Source: a virus | Strand: one strand, 5' to 3' | IMG/VR virus record: IMGVR_UViG_3300042350_003822 | Span: 16,967 to 80,966 of that record | DNA: 64,000 bases | Part shown: positions 29,049 through 40,003 of the stretch, piece by piece | How the letters are laid out: the number at the start of each line of letters is the position of its first letter | Numbering within the stretch: position 1 is the stretch's first letter | The notes under the pieces: model-generated | What the model saw: the letters and a program-made list of their open reading frames with translations, nothing else | Told to the model about the DNA's origin: nothing | Databases searched by the model: none | Translations under genes and position numbers: made by a program

Positions 29049-32000
29049 TCATACTTCTTTTACATTGTCTTGAGATAGAAAATCACGACCTCCCCCAACA
29101 GTAACACGATCCGTCAGTACCGTTTCTCCTCCTGGGCCTCCAAAAGATGGAATTGCTGCTGGTTGAGGTGGTGCGTTGAACACTCTCTTAATATAGTTCT
29201 TAACCTGAATCACAGAATCTGAGAACGATGAGGCGTCTGTATTAACGACTCTCACAGCCTTACTTGCTACAACCATTTCTGTTGCAGCCGCTGCTTCGGA
29301 GGTAACATCGACCGATTGGATTGCAGGGAAATAATAATAGATGAACTCGAGGTCACCATTGCTATCTGATTGCAGACCTCCACCGAGGATTCTACCAACT
29401 TGCTTACAAGAGGCGCTCTTATCCGTTCCCTCAATGAAGAACTTATGGTCGGTGTTAGGTCTCAGACCAGTCACTCGAATCTCAAATGCTTGCTCGCTAG
29501 CAATCACCCCAGGATCGCTTGGGTTGATACCCGGACTTCCTGGGTTGAAGCCAGAGAAGTTGAAGTTAATAGGAGACATAGCAGGAGCGCCAATGAAGCC
29601 CCACGATCCGCTCCAATAAGACATATCGAAGTTGATTGTAGGAGAAAACCCGTTAACATAATCCTGCTGCGATTCTAGCACATCGGCAGGATAATATAGC
29701 TTGAAGCCATACGTGCCGCTCTTACCTTGACCACCAAACAGACCACCATGCTTCTTGCCCTTATAGACACGAATCATGTAATAGCGGCCAGCGTCTGGGT
29801 TGTGATTCCAGAGCAGTTTAAGCTGATCTTCGTGCCAAACACTTGTTCCCGTAAAGTAGTAACCCTTAGTGTCAAGCGAGCCTGGATGCTCAATGCTTCG
29901 GCCGCCATTCAGTACTCTTAGACCGTTAGAATCAATATCCGGGGTAGTAATAGCCTGAGCATCTGAACCAGAATTTCTGACAACATTTGTAAACGGCCCA
30001 TTTTCTGTTTGGCTCTGGTAAACAATAACACCAATGTTGTTGTCTCTGCTATTGATATAGAACTGAGCCGTACCTGCGGATTCACTGAATGTGTAAAAAT
30101 ATTCATCATAGAAAACACCGCTGTCGGAATTCAGCGTATTCTTCTCGCTCTCAATAACCGAGATAGTTTTCGTCACTGTCGCCGAGGCTGTGTTTTGCTG
30201 TACAACAGGTGTTATAACAATAGTGCCTGTTAATGTATTTGTTATGCCAAGGTCCGGTGCGACCGCATCCGGCTGTACAATAGGACCGTTGGTTGCATCT
30301 GGTTGAGACAGGAACGACTTCTCAATATATGGAAGGGAAACATTTGTGCCTCCGCTAACAGGTGAAAGCGGTAAATTAATTTCTTCCACTTTTGGTGAAA
30401 GGAATCCATCAACAATAGCTGCATTATATTGTGGGTTTGATGTCTCAGCATAGCTGTAATTATTGAAGCCATCAACGAAGAAGCCAAATTTGAATCTATC
30501 AATATTAGAGTTGGCAGAGCTTGGAATAACTTTCTTTTGGGTTTGAGCCTCAACAAGAGTGTAGGCTACATAACGTTCAAGAGTCTGTATTCTTCTATCC
30601 AATGCACCAATATCAACCATGGTATAACCACGAGGCTGTTCGATGGTGCGCTGTGCATCGTTGAATGGAGCTTCTACACGATATGCAAGCATTCTACGAT
30701 TGCTATATGTTTCATTAGCGATCTTGTTGTTGAAGAAAGCTACTGTGCCGGCTGACAGTCTCTTAGGATGAGAAGGATAGGGAGCAATTTGCAAAAGATT
30801 GATTGTCATTGCGTCTGAAGGCGCAGCTGGTGCATCGGCAGACCCAGGGGTGCCCTTCATGATGCTAAAGTTACCTTGCTCATCAATGATCACACGATCG
30901 GTGCGGCCGAGATAGTATTCAACAATACCTGTCAGGTTTGAGTCAGGAGCAGGGAACTTCTTATCTGTTGTTCCAAACTTATCCGCTGTTGCCTTTTCCT
31001 CTGGGTTGATAGGAGCAGAGGCCACGGACGCGAGTACCACGGGCGTTGCGTTAGCTACAGAGACAGGGCGGAAGTCGAACTGATCACGCAGATCGTAGTA
31101 TTCCCCCTTTGTACCATACACTTCAGGGATTTCCATTGTGTTAATAGTAGAAGATGATGAAGCTAGAGCAAGAGTATCATTAATTTGATATGAACCGGCG
31201 GAACCAGGAGCCTTTAGTCCTTCACCAGAGCTGGTGAAGTGATCAAACTTGACCAAAAGGAAGTTAGATGTGGTGATGGCTGTGTTAGCGTCCGTCTTTC
31301 TATAGAGATAAGACATATCATAGAAGTTTTCGTTCTGATTGTGGTCAATGTAGTATTCATTTGTTATATCTTGAACACCAGCCTCTGTCGGCGTGAATGA
31401 AGCGTTAGAAGCAAGGAACACACCCTTAAGATGGAAGATATCAGGAACACCAAGAGCCCATGGTCCAGTATTCGTCGTAGCGTTGTTGGAAAGCTGTAGA
31501 CGGATGAATTTGTCGCGGTTAACTGTCTTTACTATCGGTGTTGTTCCTGACGAACGAACGTTGTATGCAATAGAGACCTTCGTGGCAACATTAACTGATG
31601 AACCCAGGTTGACTACTAGATTGTTTGCGTTGGCGTCAACATTGGCTGATCTTCCAGCTCTGAGAGAGATTGGAACATACTGAGGGAAATACATTACTGT
31701 ATTGCCGTTAGTAACCGCCGATGATGGATTAGCTGTTGTTGTCATAATTGTGGTATTGACAACAGTTGCAATCTGAACAATTGTTGAGTGCGAAGCGTTT
31801 GCAATCTTAACGAAGTCACCCGCTTCGAAAACTGAAGTGAAAGACGTGCTCGAACCACCGGTAATGGTAGTGCTACCAGCAGTACAGTTTACCGTACCAG
31901 CTGCATTCGCCGCAAACTGAACATTGGCCATAGGAGCGACAATCAGATCTTGCTCCTGAGCTGGTGACAGAGTGGCCCCAGCTGTATATGGGAACGTTTC

Positions 32001-34142
32001 ATTGCCTGTCGCAGCAACTGTAATAGTACCACCAGTCGTAACTTCGAAGCTATTGGCTGTGTCGATCGTTCTGTACACATATGAGAAAGTGTTACCAGTC
32101 TTAACAGCAGGTCGGCCGGCATAATAAAGAAGTGACGATAGATTGCTATCCTTTAACACAGCCTTGCCATCTTCGAGTACTGCATCGCAAACACCCTTAT
32201 ACGCCCCATCATAGTAAACAGACTTGATAAGAGAGAAGTTGCGGGCTGTTGCGAGCTGAATGTCGAACAGATACAATCTGTATACACACGATGAAGTACC
32301 AGGAACGCCCGACTCGACTACCAGGGAACGGATGCGAGCTGTTCCGAGCGATGTTCCCAGACTTGTTGGGCTGCTTGTCGAAGGCACGCCACCCGCAAGT
32401 CCACCTGAGATAAAATCTCGTGGGTTAGGATAAAGAATTACCTGATCACCGGTGTTAAACTTAAACAGACCCCCAAGCTCATTTACGCGGATGTAATTAC
32501 CATAGTTTAGTGAGATGTTGGCATTATTGGCAACGAAAGTATCTATGCCCTTGCTAACATCAGCTGTGAAAGATCTAACAGTTTCCAGACGTGTACCATT
32601 GAGATATGCTACGCCCGGATCAATGCTAACGCGGAATGTGGTAGCTTCCGTAGCTAGAGAAGAGGCATTAATAGTGTTGAGAATGAATGGATCGATAACA
32701 TAATTGCCCGATTCTTCTCTTGTTCTTCTCGCTAACTCTTTGCCAAGAATGTTGTATTGAGTCTGTTGGACCTGCTTGTATGGGTTGCCTTCAGAAAATT
32801 CGACAATCGAGAAGAAATCTGAGTTAGCATCTGCCTGCGCTTTAGTTTTTACGACAAGCGTTGGTGTGAGCTTTAGACGATTAGCGCCCGGAGCTGTTGC
32901 GTTAGGCTCCCCAGTAGCGTTATCAAGAAGCGAAGGATCCTGGTTTGAATTCAGAATATACTCGGTGGTATCAAAACCTACAGCCTTGTTGAAGTTATTA
33001 TTCGTATACTTCTCTACAAGTACCATGTGCTCGTTGACACGGGTAAAGTAACCTTTTTGATAGATCACACCCTTACCAACAGTGACACCATATCCTGCCC
33101 CTACGGGATCGAACGATGTATTAGCAATCCTTACCTGAGTCAAGAATGATTGAGCTGCAAGACTTGCAGCATTGATCTGATTGGTTGTAGCTCCTACCGA
33201 CTGAACTGACACGGTTGGGAGTACATAATATCCCGAACCTTTTTGAGTCACTGTCAGTGAGCTGATCTCACCATTGATAGTGCCCGTTCTCATAGTAACA
33301 GCTGCACCAGAACCGACAATACCAACGATTTTAACCATATCGGATGGGTTTGTGTTTAGACTCTGTACATTTGTATTAACAGCGAGAGTCCACTTTTGAT
33401 TGTTAGCAGCCTTAAGATCTACGGGCTTAGGTTTAATACGAAGAACCACAGCTTGTGTATTAGAAGTAGTGTCGACGGCCACAATCTGAACATTGGCGGT
33501 GCCGTCTGTCAGGTAGTCTTGAGCATAGAAGTTATTAGCAAAGGTAGTACCACCGCTTGAGTTTTGAACAGCAATAGCACTCAGAACAACAATCGAATCA
33601 GCGTTCGAGAAGCCGGCTGAGTCGTTAGTGGAGATGATCTTTTCAATGGGGTTAGAAGGCTTATATACAGTCAGTACATCGTTAGCAATAAACTGCTGAC
33701 GTTCAGTTCTGACAGTTGCGACATTAGCGTAGCCAGAATTGACATACTTGACATAAACGGTCTTAAGGTCCGGTGATCTCGACTCGAATCCATCTACTGC
33801 AGTTTGAATAGAAGCCACAAGAGGAGATACGTTCGCGGTATCCTTCACGTAATAACCAATAAGCTGGTTAACGTTAACAGGTGCACCGTCTGTTTGGTTA
33901 TCCAGGAGCTTAACATACTGTAGGGCTGACTGGAACGTAATGTCGCAACCATCAACTACAGTACCACGCTTGAACACGTGATCGCCAAAGCGCTCAATTT
34001 GCTTTTGAAGAATAGTCTGGAACTGATTAAGCTCGCGAGCCTGCACAGCCACACCAGGGCGGAACAGAATCTTGTAGTAATCTTTGTTCTCATCAAAATC
34101 GTCAAAATATGGAGAGACGCTTAGATCGGTCTGAATAGGCAT
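29049..34142 (-). CDS. VrlC/DUF4815-like large virion structural protein
   Basis: SPYFDDFD..KDYYKILFRPG.AVQARELNQ.Q.ILQ.QIERFG; GADR-like APGANRLK; RTREESGNY; YTMVDIG.L..RI; DRFKFGFFVD. Confidence 0.9.
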   Translation of the reverse strand: MPIQTDLSVSPYFDDFDENKDYYKILFRPGVAVQARELNQFQTILQKQIERFGDHVFKRGTVVDGCDITFQSALQYVKLLDNQTDGAPVNVNQLIGYYVKDTANVSPLVASIQTAVDGFESRSPDLKTVYVKYVNSGYANVATVRTERQQFIANDVLTVYKPSNPIEKIISTNDSAGFSNADSIVVLSAIAVQNSSGGTTFANNFYAQDYLTDGTANVQIVAVDTTSNTQAVVLRIKPKPVDLKAANNQKWTLAVNTNVQSLNTNPSDMVKIVGIVGSGAAVTMRTGTINGEISSLTVTQKGSGYYVLPTVSVQSVGATTNQINAASLAAQSFLTQVRIANTSFDPVGAGYGVTVGKGVIYQKGYFTRVNEHMVLVEKYTNNNFNKAVGFDTTEYILNSNQDPSLLDNATGEPNATAPGANRLKLTPTLVVKTKAQADANSDFFSIVEFSEGNPYKQVQQTQYNILGKELARRTREESGNYVIDPFILNTINASSLATEATTFRVSIDPGVAYLNGTRLETVRSFTADVSKGIDTFVANNANISLNYGNYIRVNELGGLFKFNTGDQVILYPNPRDFISGGLAGGVPSTSSPTSLGTSLGTARIRSLVVESGVPGTSSCVYRLYLFDIQLATARNFSLIKSVYYDGAYKGVCDAVLEDGKAVLKDSNLSSLLYYAGRPAVKTGNTFSYVYRTIDTANSFEVTTGGTITVAATGNETFPYTAGATLSPAQEQDLIVAPMANVQFAANAAGTVNCTAGSTTITGGSSTSFTSVFEAGDFVKIANASHSTIVQIATVVNTTIMTTTANPSSAVTNGNTVMYFPQYVPISLRAGRSANVDANANNLVVNLGSSVNVATKVSIAYNVRSSGTTPIVKTVNRDKFIRLQLSNNATTNTGPWALGVPDIFHLKGVFLASNASFTPTEAGVQDITNEYYIDHNQNENFYDMSYLYRKTDANTAITTSNFLLVKFDHFTSSGEGLKAPGSAGSYQINDTLALASSSSTINTMEIPEVYGTKGEYYDLRDQFDFRPVSVANATPVVLASVASAPINPEEKATADKFGTTDKKFPAPDSNLTGIVEYYLGRTDRVIIDEQGNFSIMKGTPGSADAPAAPSDAMTINLLQIAPYPSHPKRLSAGTVAFFNNKIANETYSNRRMLAYRVEAPFNDAQRTIEQPRGYTMVDIGALDRRIQTLERYVAYTLVEAQTQKKVIPSSANSNIDRFKFGFFVDGFNNYSYAETSNPQYNAAIVDGFLSPKVEEINLPLSPVSGGTNVSLPYIEKSFLSQPDATNGPIVQPDAVAPDLGITNTLTGTIVITPVVQQNTASATVTKTISVIESEKNTLNSDSGVFYDEYFYTFSESAGTAQFYINSRDNNIGVIVYQSQTENGPFTNVVRNSGSDAQAITTPDIDSNGLRVLNGGRSIEHPGSLDTKGYYFTGTSVWHEDQLKLLWNHNPDAGRYYMIRVYKGKKHGGLFGGQGKSGTYGFKLYYPADVLESQQDYVNGFSPTINFDMSYWSGSWGFIGAPAMSPINFNFSGFNPGSPGINPSDPGVIASEQAFEIRVTGLRPNTDHKFFIEGTDKSASCKQVGRILGGGLQSDSNGDLEFIYYYFPAIQSVDVTSEAAAATEMVVASKAVRVVNTDASSFSDSVIQVKNYIKRVFNAPPQPAAIPSFGGPGGETVLTDRVTVGGGRDFLSQDNVKEV

Positions 34143-34147
34143 TTAAC

Positions 34148-36211
34148 TTAGAACTCCAGAATCAATTTGATAGTTTCAGTCTGAGAATTTGATCTCGCAA
34201 TTGGCGGAAGGTTCTCAATGTATACAACCTCCCCGCTACCCGGTACAAGCTCACCCTCGTATTTAGCTGTAACAGTAAACTGGGCATCACTACTGGCGCC
34301 GGTTGATACACCAGCAGCTGCTCCTGTCTGCCAAGTGTTCTGAACATTCGTCACGTACAGGTAATCAAGAGCTCCGTCCTCGATAGCTGCATAAACTTTA
34401 GCTGATGGAGTATCGTACGGGGCAACAGCGGAGTCTTGAGTAACAGTTTCATCAGGAGTGAATGTACCATCATCGATAGTTCCAGCAAACTTAGTTAGCT
34501 GCGAGAATGTCGAATAGTTATTCGTTACTCTTACATCCGGAGTAGCTCCCCCCCGACTAATTTTGATAGTATCGGCTACGGTTGTACAAAACGATTCTTC
34601 TCCAACAAATCTCATACTCTGAGAGACAGTGGACACGTTTACATTAGCGAGATAAATTACACCAGCCGAGTTGGCACTAATGATTCCATAAGAAAACGCA
34701 TTCACAAGGGAGATATTACAAGATACAGATGTAAAACTAGCGTTTACATCTAGTGTAATGTGAGTGTTACTAACAATAGACAAGACGTTGCCATATACAT
34801 TATTAAGACCATCTGAAACAAGCAGTCGATCACCAATAGCTATACTGTCTTGAAAAAGAGTGCTGACACCCTTAATTGTCGAGTTGGTAAATGTATTAGC
34901 CGTTCCTTGCAAACGAACGCTCGTGTATTGGGACACGTGCTCGTTAGGAAGGAAGGCTCCTATTGTATTACCTGCAGAATATTTAATCTCTACGTTAGCA
35001 AACAGAGGATTTTTTAGAAGACCAACTTGTCTATAGTCATTCTCTGTTCTTAGCTCACCGCCAGGCGCTACGCCTTCATTTTCGACAAACTTAACTGCGA
35101 CGCCAGCATAGTTTGCTCCTAGCTCTGAGAAGCAGTTAGCTCCATGACCATTAGGGGGAGACATAATAGCTCTAAGAGAAGCACTAGCAGTTACCCCGAC
35201 TGTACTGGCCGGTCTTACCACCACAGTAGCAGACTTATATCCCGAACCAGGATCTAGTACCTCAACCTTGGTGATTGTGTTGCTCGACGCCCCCGTGATA
35301 ATAGCTCTTGCGATACAGTTTGTGAACTTGGATCCGCCAGTGTCAAATACGTCGACAAACGGATATACTTCAAATGTATCGTTTACCTCAATTGCTCCAT
35401 CAAACGGATCCTTAAGAACAGCAATCTTTTGGGCACCAACAACGTATCCTGTAATGACTCTATACTCGTCTTTTGCGTTACCAGATGTTATTCTGATAAG
35501 ACAGTTTGTATAAAAGTCTGGAACAGTACTCGCAGTGGAACCCAAGGCATATCGGTATTCATCACCCAATACTCGTATGTCTTCTGCTTTTTCAAAGTAA
35601 CCCACAAGATAGTTTGCATAACCAACGCCCCCATCTTCAACCTTAATCACTTCAATTGATCCAGGGGTGGCGTTAGCAGTAGCGGATGTGTTACTTGCAA
35701 CAGGCATATACTCCGTTGTTGCAAATTTACTCATAAGGGTATTATTGGCGGAGTACATGTACTTCCAAAGATAGCCATCCGACGTCTCAAATGTATCGTT
35801 GTCTGTTCCTGAAGGCTCAACAGTAGATGCAGTGCCGTAGTCGTTGAATAGACATTTATATACGTGATATTGAGCCCCCGCATTCACGGTTGCGTAGAAT
35901 TGCTTTGTATACAGTACAGGATCAATATCATCATACATTGCGTATGTGGTACCAGCCGTCCAATCATATCTTGGAATCATTGGCTTGATGTCTGTATTAC
36001 CAACTCTCTTACCAAACAGCATATCATTATAGATGTTGATATAGTTGTTTACTACAGTATCATTAGGCGCCGGGATAGTTGTATCCCCACCGCTGTATTG
36101 TGTATGCTTTGCCGCAAAGACATAATAAGCTGAGCCAACAGAGACCTGATCGACAAAGTCGAGTGCCGTAGCTACGTTAAGTCTTTTGGATACGATTTGT
36201 GTAGTGCTCAT
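34148..36211 (-). CDS. gp8: Baseplate wedge subunit gp8-like
   Basis: IPRYDWTAGTTY.MY, VYKCLFN, STVEP, DGYLWKYMY, GHG...ELG, NDYRQVGLLKNP, SGEVVYIEN..PI.R...QTE.IKLILEF. Confidence 0.88.
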   Translation of the reverse strand: MSTTQIVSKRLNVATALDFVDQVSVGSAYYVFAAKHTQYSGGDTTIPAPNDTVVNNYINIYNDMLFGKRVGNTDIKPMIPRYDWTAGTTYAMYDDIDPVLYTKQFYATVNAGAQYHVYKCLFNDYGTASTVEPSGTDNDTFETSDGYLWKYMYSANNTLMSKFATTEYMPVASNTSATANATPGSIEVIKVEDGGVGYANYLVGYFEKAEDIRVLGDEYRYALGSTASTVPDFYTNCLIRITSGNAKDEYRVITGYVVGAQKIAVLKDPFDGAIEVNDTFEVYPFVDVFDTGGSKFTNCIARAIITGASSNTITKVEVLDPGSGYKSATVVVRPASTVGVTASASLRAIMSPPNGHGANCFSELGANYAGVAVKFVENEGVAPGGELRTENDYRQVGLLKNPLFANVEIKYSAGNTIGAFLPNEHVSQYTSVRLQGTANTFTNSTIKGVSTLFQDSIAIGDRLLVSDGLNNVYGNVLSIVSNTHITLDVNASFTSVSCNISLVNAFSYGIISANSAGVIYLANVNVSTVSQSMRFVGEESFCTTVADTIKISRGGATPDVRVTNNYSTFSQLTKFAGTIDDGTFTPDETVTQDSAVAPYDTPSAKVYAAIEDGALDYLYVTNVQNTWQTGAAAGVSTGASSDAQFTVTAKYEGELVPGSGEVVYIENLPPIARSNSQTETIKLILEF

Positions 36212-36220
36212 AGGATATAT

Positions 36221-39200
36221 TTATGCCTCGTTTACCTGGGCGATGTTGTGGCCAGACTCGTTTAATCCGTCTGTTATATTTATTGTTGTAGTAGTAAGGA
36301 AGTGACCATTCTCTGAAAGAGATTTGACAATATTGATTGCCGCTGCACCTCTAGTGGCTGCCAACTTTACGCCAGTGTTATTTGCGCTCACAATATAGTA
36401 CTGACCGTTGTTTGCAAGACCTGTGACAGCAGTATTACCAACTGCTGTGGAATATTTGACAATATCATTGTTCTGCAGCATGTGGCGCGTCAGAGTGATG
36501 AAGTCGTTTGCAGCTGGGTTAGCAACAGAGTCTACACTAATATTAGTATTACTATTAAACGAATATGTAAAGATTCTTGGGTTTGATGTCAGCTTGATAG
36601 TATTGGTAGTAGTGTTGGCTACATAATACACATTGTTGTTACCAAGTTCTGTGAGAGCTGTATTACCAATAGCTGTGTAATAGTTCACCTTCATACCATT
36701 TGCAAACGCATGCGCTGTCAGCGTAATAGTATCTCCCGCTACATCAGATAGGGCATTGAACGAGTCAGCGTCTACAGGATTGAATGTGGTGGTTGATGAG
36801 TCACCATAGGCAACGTTTGCAACAAACTTGTCCTCCAGTACAACTCCACCAAAGAATCTTGTGCCGGCGGTGTGCATGACCTTCTTGAACATCTCTGAGT
36901 ATCGATCGAGAGGAATTCTCGAAAGAACCTCATAAGAATATTCCTGATAGTAATCGCCATCTTGAACCTTGGCTGTTGAGCTCAATTGTCCCTTTGTATC
37001 CTTATAGTATCCTGCACCGGTGCCAATACCGAATACATTAGCAATAGCCGTGCCACTTCTCGTACCATCTGCAGATACGTAAGTGATTTCCTCACCGTTC
37101 TTATATCCAAGGCCAGAATCGAATATTTGAATTCCGGTAACAGATCCGTTTGCTGTGACAGTGTTGGCTGTAATATTTGCATTTAGTCCAATTGGAAGTA
37201 ATGTGTTGTCTTCTTCTACACCGACAATTGTAGCAACAGTACCTGTTAGCTGTCCGGTGACTTCTAATGTCGGTTGGAATAGATTATCAAATTGAATACG
37301 CTTAACCATTAAATGTGTCGTATTTGAGCCCTTGACAATGCCTTTTGCTGTTGACGTAATCGATGAATTGATAGATACTGAACTTATTGTTCCAGTGAAG
37401 GAACCATTCGAAGCAGACGTAATTGGGGTGGCGTTGACTTGGAATACGCCCGCAACATCCTTTACAATTATGGTATTAGCTGTCGCTTGAATAGTATCAA
37501 TGATTCCATTAGCAGAACCTTGAATCACTCTCTCTCCAACAGCAAGGCCGGTCTCATCGTTCAATACAAGAGTAGTCTTTGTTAACAGTGTGTTGGTCTG
37601 CAGAAGGCGTTCACCTGTCCGGAACGTTCCTGTTGCACCACTAATCTCTATAATATAGTCTTCCCTACCAAACCCACTCAGGAATGGTTGTTCGACTAGC
37701 ACATAAGGATCGACAGTATAGCCTGTTCCTGGGTTGATCTCTGTAATTCTTCCGATCGTGCCAATGGTAAAGGCGTCAAAGCTCAAGCAGTTAAAAATTA
37801 CCGCGGCTGAGTTCCCTGCTGGGTTCTTGAAGAACCCGTATTCGGGATTATTAATAGGAATGGTCATGAACAATTGACTTACAGCATTCGTAAATGTTCC
37901 ATTGCCAGCTAATCTATCTGTATTGAGATAGATTGTTTCTGAATCAGTAATTGATCCAACTTCAAAGTTAGCGCCACTCCCTGCAGAGACTGCAACAACA
38001 TTAGCTAACGTTGCTGTATTGCTAGTGAAGATAGGAACACTAAAGGTATTGGTAAATGTGTTCGAAACTTGATATAGACCTACAGTGAGATCTATATTGA
38101 TAATAGTTGCGAGACTTCCATTAGATCTAACTCTCAAAGGAAGAGTGGGGCTTGCTTTAAACACACCCTTCAGGTTATGAACCTCAATTCTACCACTAAC
38201 ACCGGAAATAGATGTGGAAACAATATCACCATTAGCTACCTCAACACCCTGAGCATCTAGCTGAAATACCACATCATCTTTGGCAAAGGCCCCGCTTATA
38301 CTAGAGAGGGCTAGGTTGGCAGAATATGGCACACCCATTACAGTAGCGGTTGCGGATGTATTAGTAATAGCTGCCACATTTGCTGTCACTGCAATATTTG
38401 ATGCTAATACTATAGTATTTGATGTTCCGAACAGTCCATTGTTTGAAACAGAAATAGTCAGAACCCCGTTAGTACTCGAACCGACAGTGTTGTCTATAAT
38501 GGTTCCGAACGCAAGATTTGCTGATCCATTGCTAACATAGATGTGTTCGCCAGCAAGAAATGCATTTTTATTAACAGCTGTATCATATTCTACAGTAGCT
38601 AGTCTTTGGGTCAGTTTCTCTAAATACTTAAAGTATGATGTGAATGCCTTAGTAGTAGCTTGAATTGATGCGCTAGTCCCTCCGGATGTAGCAATAGAAA
38701 CAGTTGGACTGGAAGTGAAAAATCCTGTGCCTGGATTAGTAATATGAATGTTAGTAATTACACCCGAGCCATTAGTATTCACTGTAGCAACACAGTTAGT
38801 ATATGCTGACTGTACTGTAATGATATCGGCGTTACTGTACCCCGTACCTCCGCTCGTGATAGTAAAGCCCGCAATTGTATTAGATGTAACAACGTTTGAG
38901 AGCGTCAACACTTTTGTAGACACAATCACCTGCGATCGTTTAGCTAGTTCAGATTCTGAGAAGTCAGCTGTCGGAGCTGATACAGTATACCCCCATCCAC
39001 CATCTAACAATTCGAAGTCTACAACACCTGTCTCGTTTGAGATGCTCGAGATTCTACCCGTTGCTTCAGCACCTCGAGTAGAAGTGAAATTTACTAAATC
39101 ACCAACAGCAAACAGCTTCGACCCGCCAGTCACAGTGAGACCGGTCAGCGATCCTACCACTCTTGGTAGATCAAACAATACCCGATCACTTCTTAGTGGT

Positions 39201-40000
39201 TCATTATTAATGAACTGCCCCGAAACGTTAGAAATATAAAGAACATAGACAAACCCGTCTTTGATTCTTCTTTTAATAAACTTTTCTACGAATGCTATTG
39301 CACCAGACTGAACACCAGTGATCTGCTTACCGACAAGGTCAATTGTTCTAGGTGAGCTGGTAATTTCAATGTACTGTGGTTTATACCATTGCGAACCTGA
39401 CAGACGCATAAGGTCTTCGCCAGGATAATATACAGTAGCCGAAGCACCATAGATCAGTCTGAAGAACAAATCAACAGAACGTTCTGTGCCCTTCGATCTA
39501 TACAGGTCAAATGAATTCTTTACCAGAAGTCTTTTGTTTGTATTGGTATCAAATTCAATATTCTTGAGATACTGTTCTTTAAAGTGAACAATAAACTGAT
39601 CAAGAGTTCTGTCGATATCTCTGATATCAAACAACTTACGGGCATAGTAGATAGGATTCAGCTTATATTGCTTCTCGATGAATGTATTACCACCCGAAGA
39701 AGAACTAATGGTAACATATTCATCACATTGGATATTACATCTGAATGCGTCAAAATTATCTACACTGACTAGAATATTATTACCCTGTACAGAGACAATA
39801 GTTCCTGTAGTGTTTCCTTGCACTACAGTATCACCTGCAACAAAGTTTGTGTTTGACGTCAGCTCGAGCTGTTGGTGATTGGATTCAAGCCACTCATAGT
39901 AGGCTTCGACAAACGCAACAAAGTCCTCTCCCTCGTCCAAATAGAACGAAGGAAAGAGCGACTTGATTAGCGGAGAAATTTTAGCTTGAATGTCTCTCAT
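36221..40000 (-). CDS. gp7: Baseplate wedge subunit gp7-like
   Basis: FVAFVEAYYEWLE, DIDRTLDQF, LYRSKGTERS..LFFRL, QDGDYYQEYSY, KVMHTAG. Confidence 0.85.
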   Translation of the reverse strand: MRDIQAKISPLIKSLFPSFYLDEGEDFVAFVEAYYEWLESNHQQLELTSNTNFVAGDTVVQGNTTGTIVSVQGNNILVSVDNFDAFRCNIQCDEYVTISSSSGGNTFIEKQYKLNPIYYARKLFDIRDIDRTLDQFIVHFKEQYLKNIEFDTNTNKRLLVKNSFDLYRSKGTERSVDLFFRLIYGASATVYYPGEDLMRLSGSQWYKPQYIEITSSPRTIDLVGKQITGVQSGAIAFVEKFIKRRIKDGFVYVLYISNVSGQFINNEPLRSDRVLFDLPRVVGSLTGLTVTGGSKLFAVGDLVNFTSTRGAEATGRISSISNETGVVDFELLDGGWGYTVSAPTADFSESELAKRSQVIVSTKVLTLSNVVTSNTIAGFTITSGGTGYSNADIITVQSAYTNCVATVNTNGSGVITNIHITNPGTGFFTSSPTVSIATSGGTSASIQATTKAFTSYFKYLEKLTQRLATVEYDTAVNKNAFLAGEHIYVSNGSANLAFGTIIDNTVGSSTNGVLTISVSNNGLFGTSNTIVLASNIAVTANVAAITNTSATATVMGVPYSANLALSSISGAFAKDDVVFQLDAQGVEVANGDIVSTSISGVSGRIEVHNLKGVFKASPTLPLRVRSNGSLATIINIDLTVGLYQVSNTFTNTFSVPIFTSNTATLANVVAVSAGSGANFEVGSITDSETIYLNTDRLAGNGTFTNAVSQLFMTIPINNPEYGFFKNPAGNSAAVIFNCLSFDAFTIGTIGRITEINPGTGYTVDPYVLVEQPFLSGFGREDYIIEISGATGTFRTGERLLQTNTLLTKTTLVLNDETGLAVGERVIQGSANGIIDTIQATANTIIVKDVAGVFQVNATPITSASNGSFTGTISSVSINSSITSTAKGIVKGSNTTHLMVKRIQFDNLFQPTLEVTGQLTGTVATIVGVEEDNTLLPIGLNANITANTVTANGSVTGIQIFDSGLGYKNGEEITYVSADGTRSGTAIANVFGIGTGAGYYKDTKGQLSSTAKVQDGDYYQEYSYEVLSRIPLDRYSEMFKKVMHTAGTRFFGGVVLEDKFVANVAYGDSSTTTFNPVDADSFNALSDVAGDTITLTAHAFANGMKVNYYTAIGNTALTELGNNNVYYVANTTTNTIKLTSNPRIFTYSFNSNTNISVDSVANPAANDFITLTRHMLQNNDIVKYSTAVGNTAVTGLANNGQYYIVSANNTGVKLAATRGAAAINIVKSLSENGHFLTTTTINITDGLNESGHNIAQVNEA

Positions 40001-40003
40001 TTA

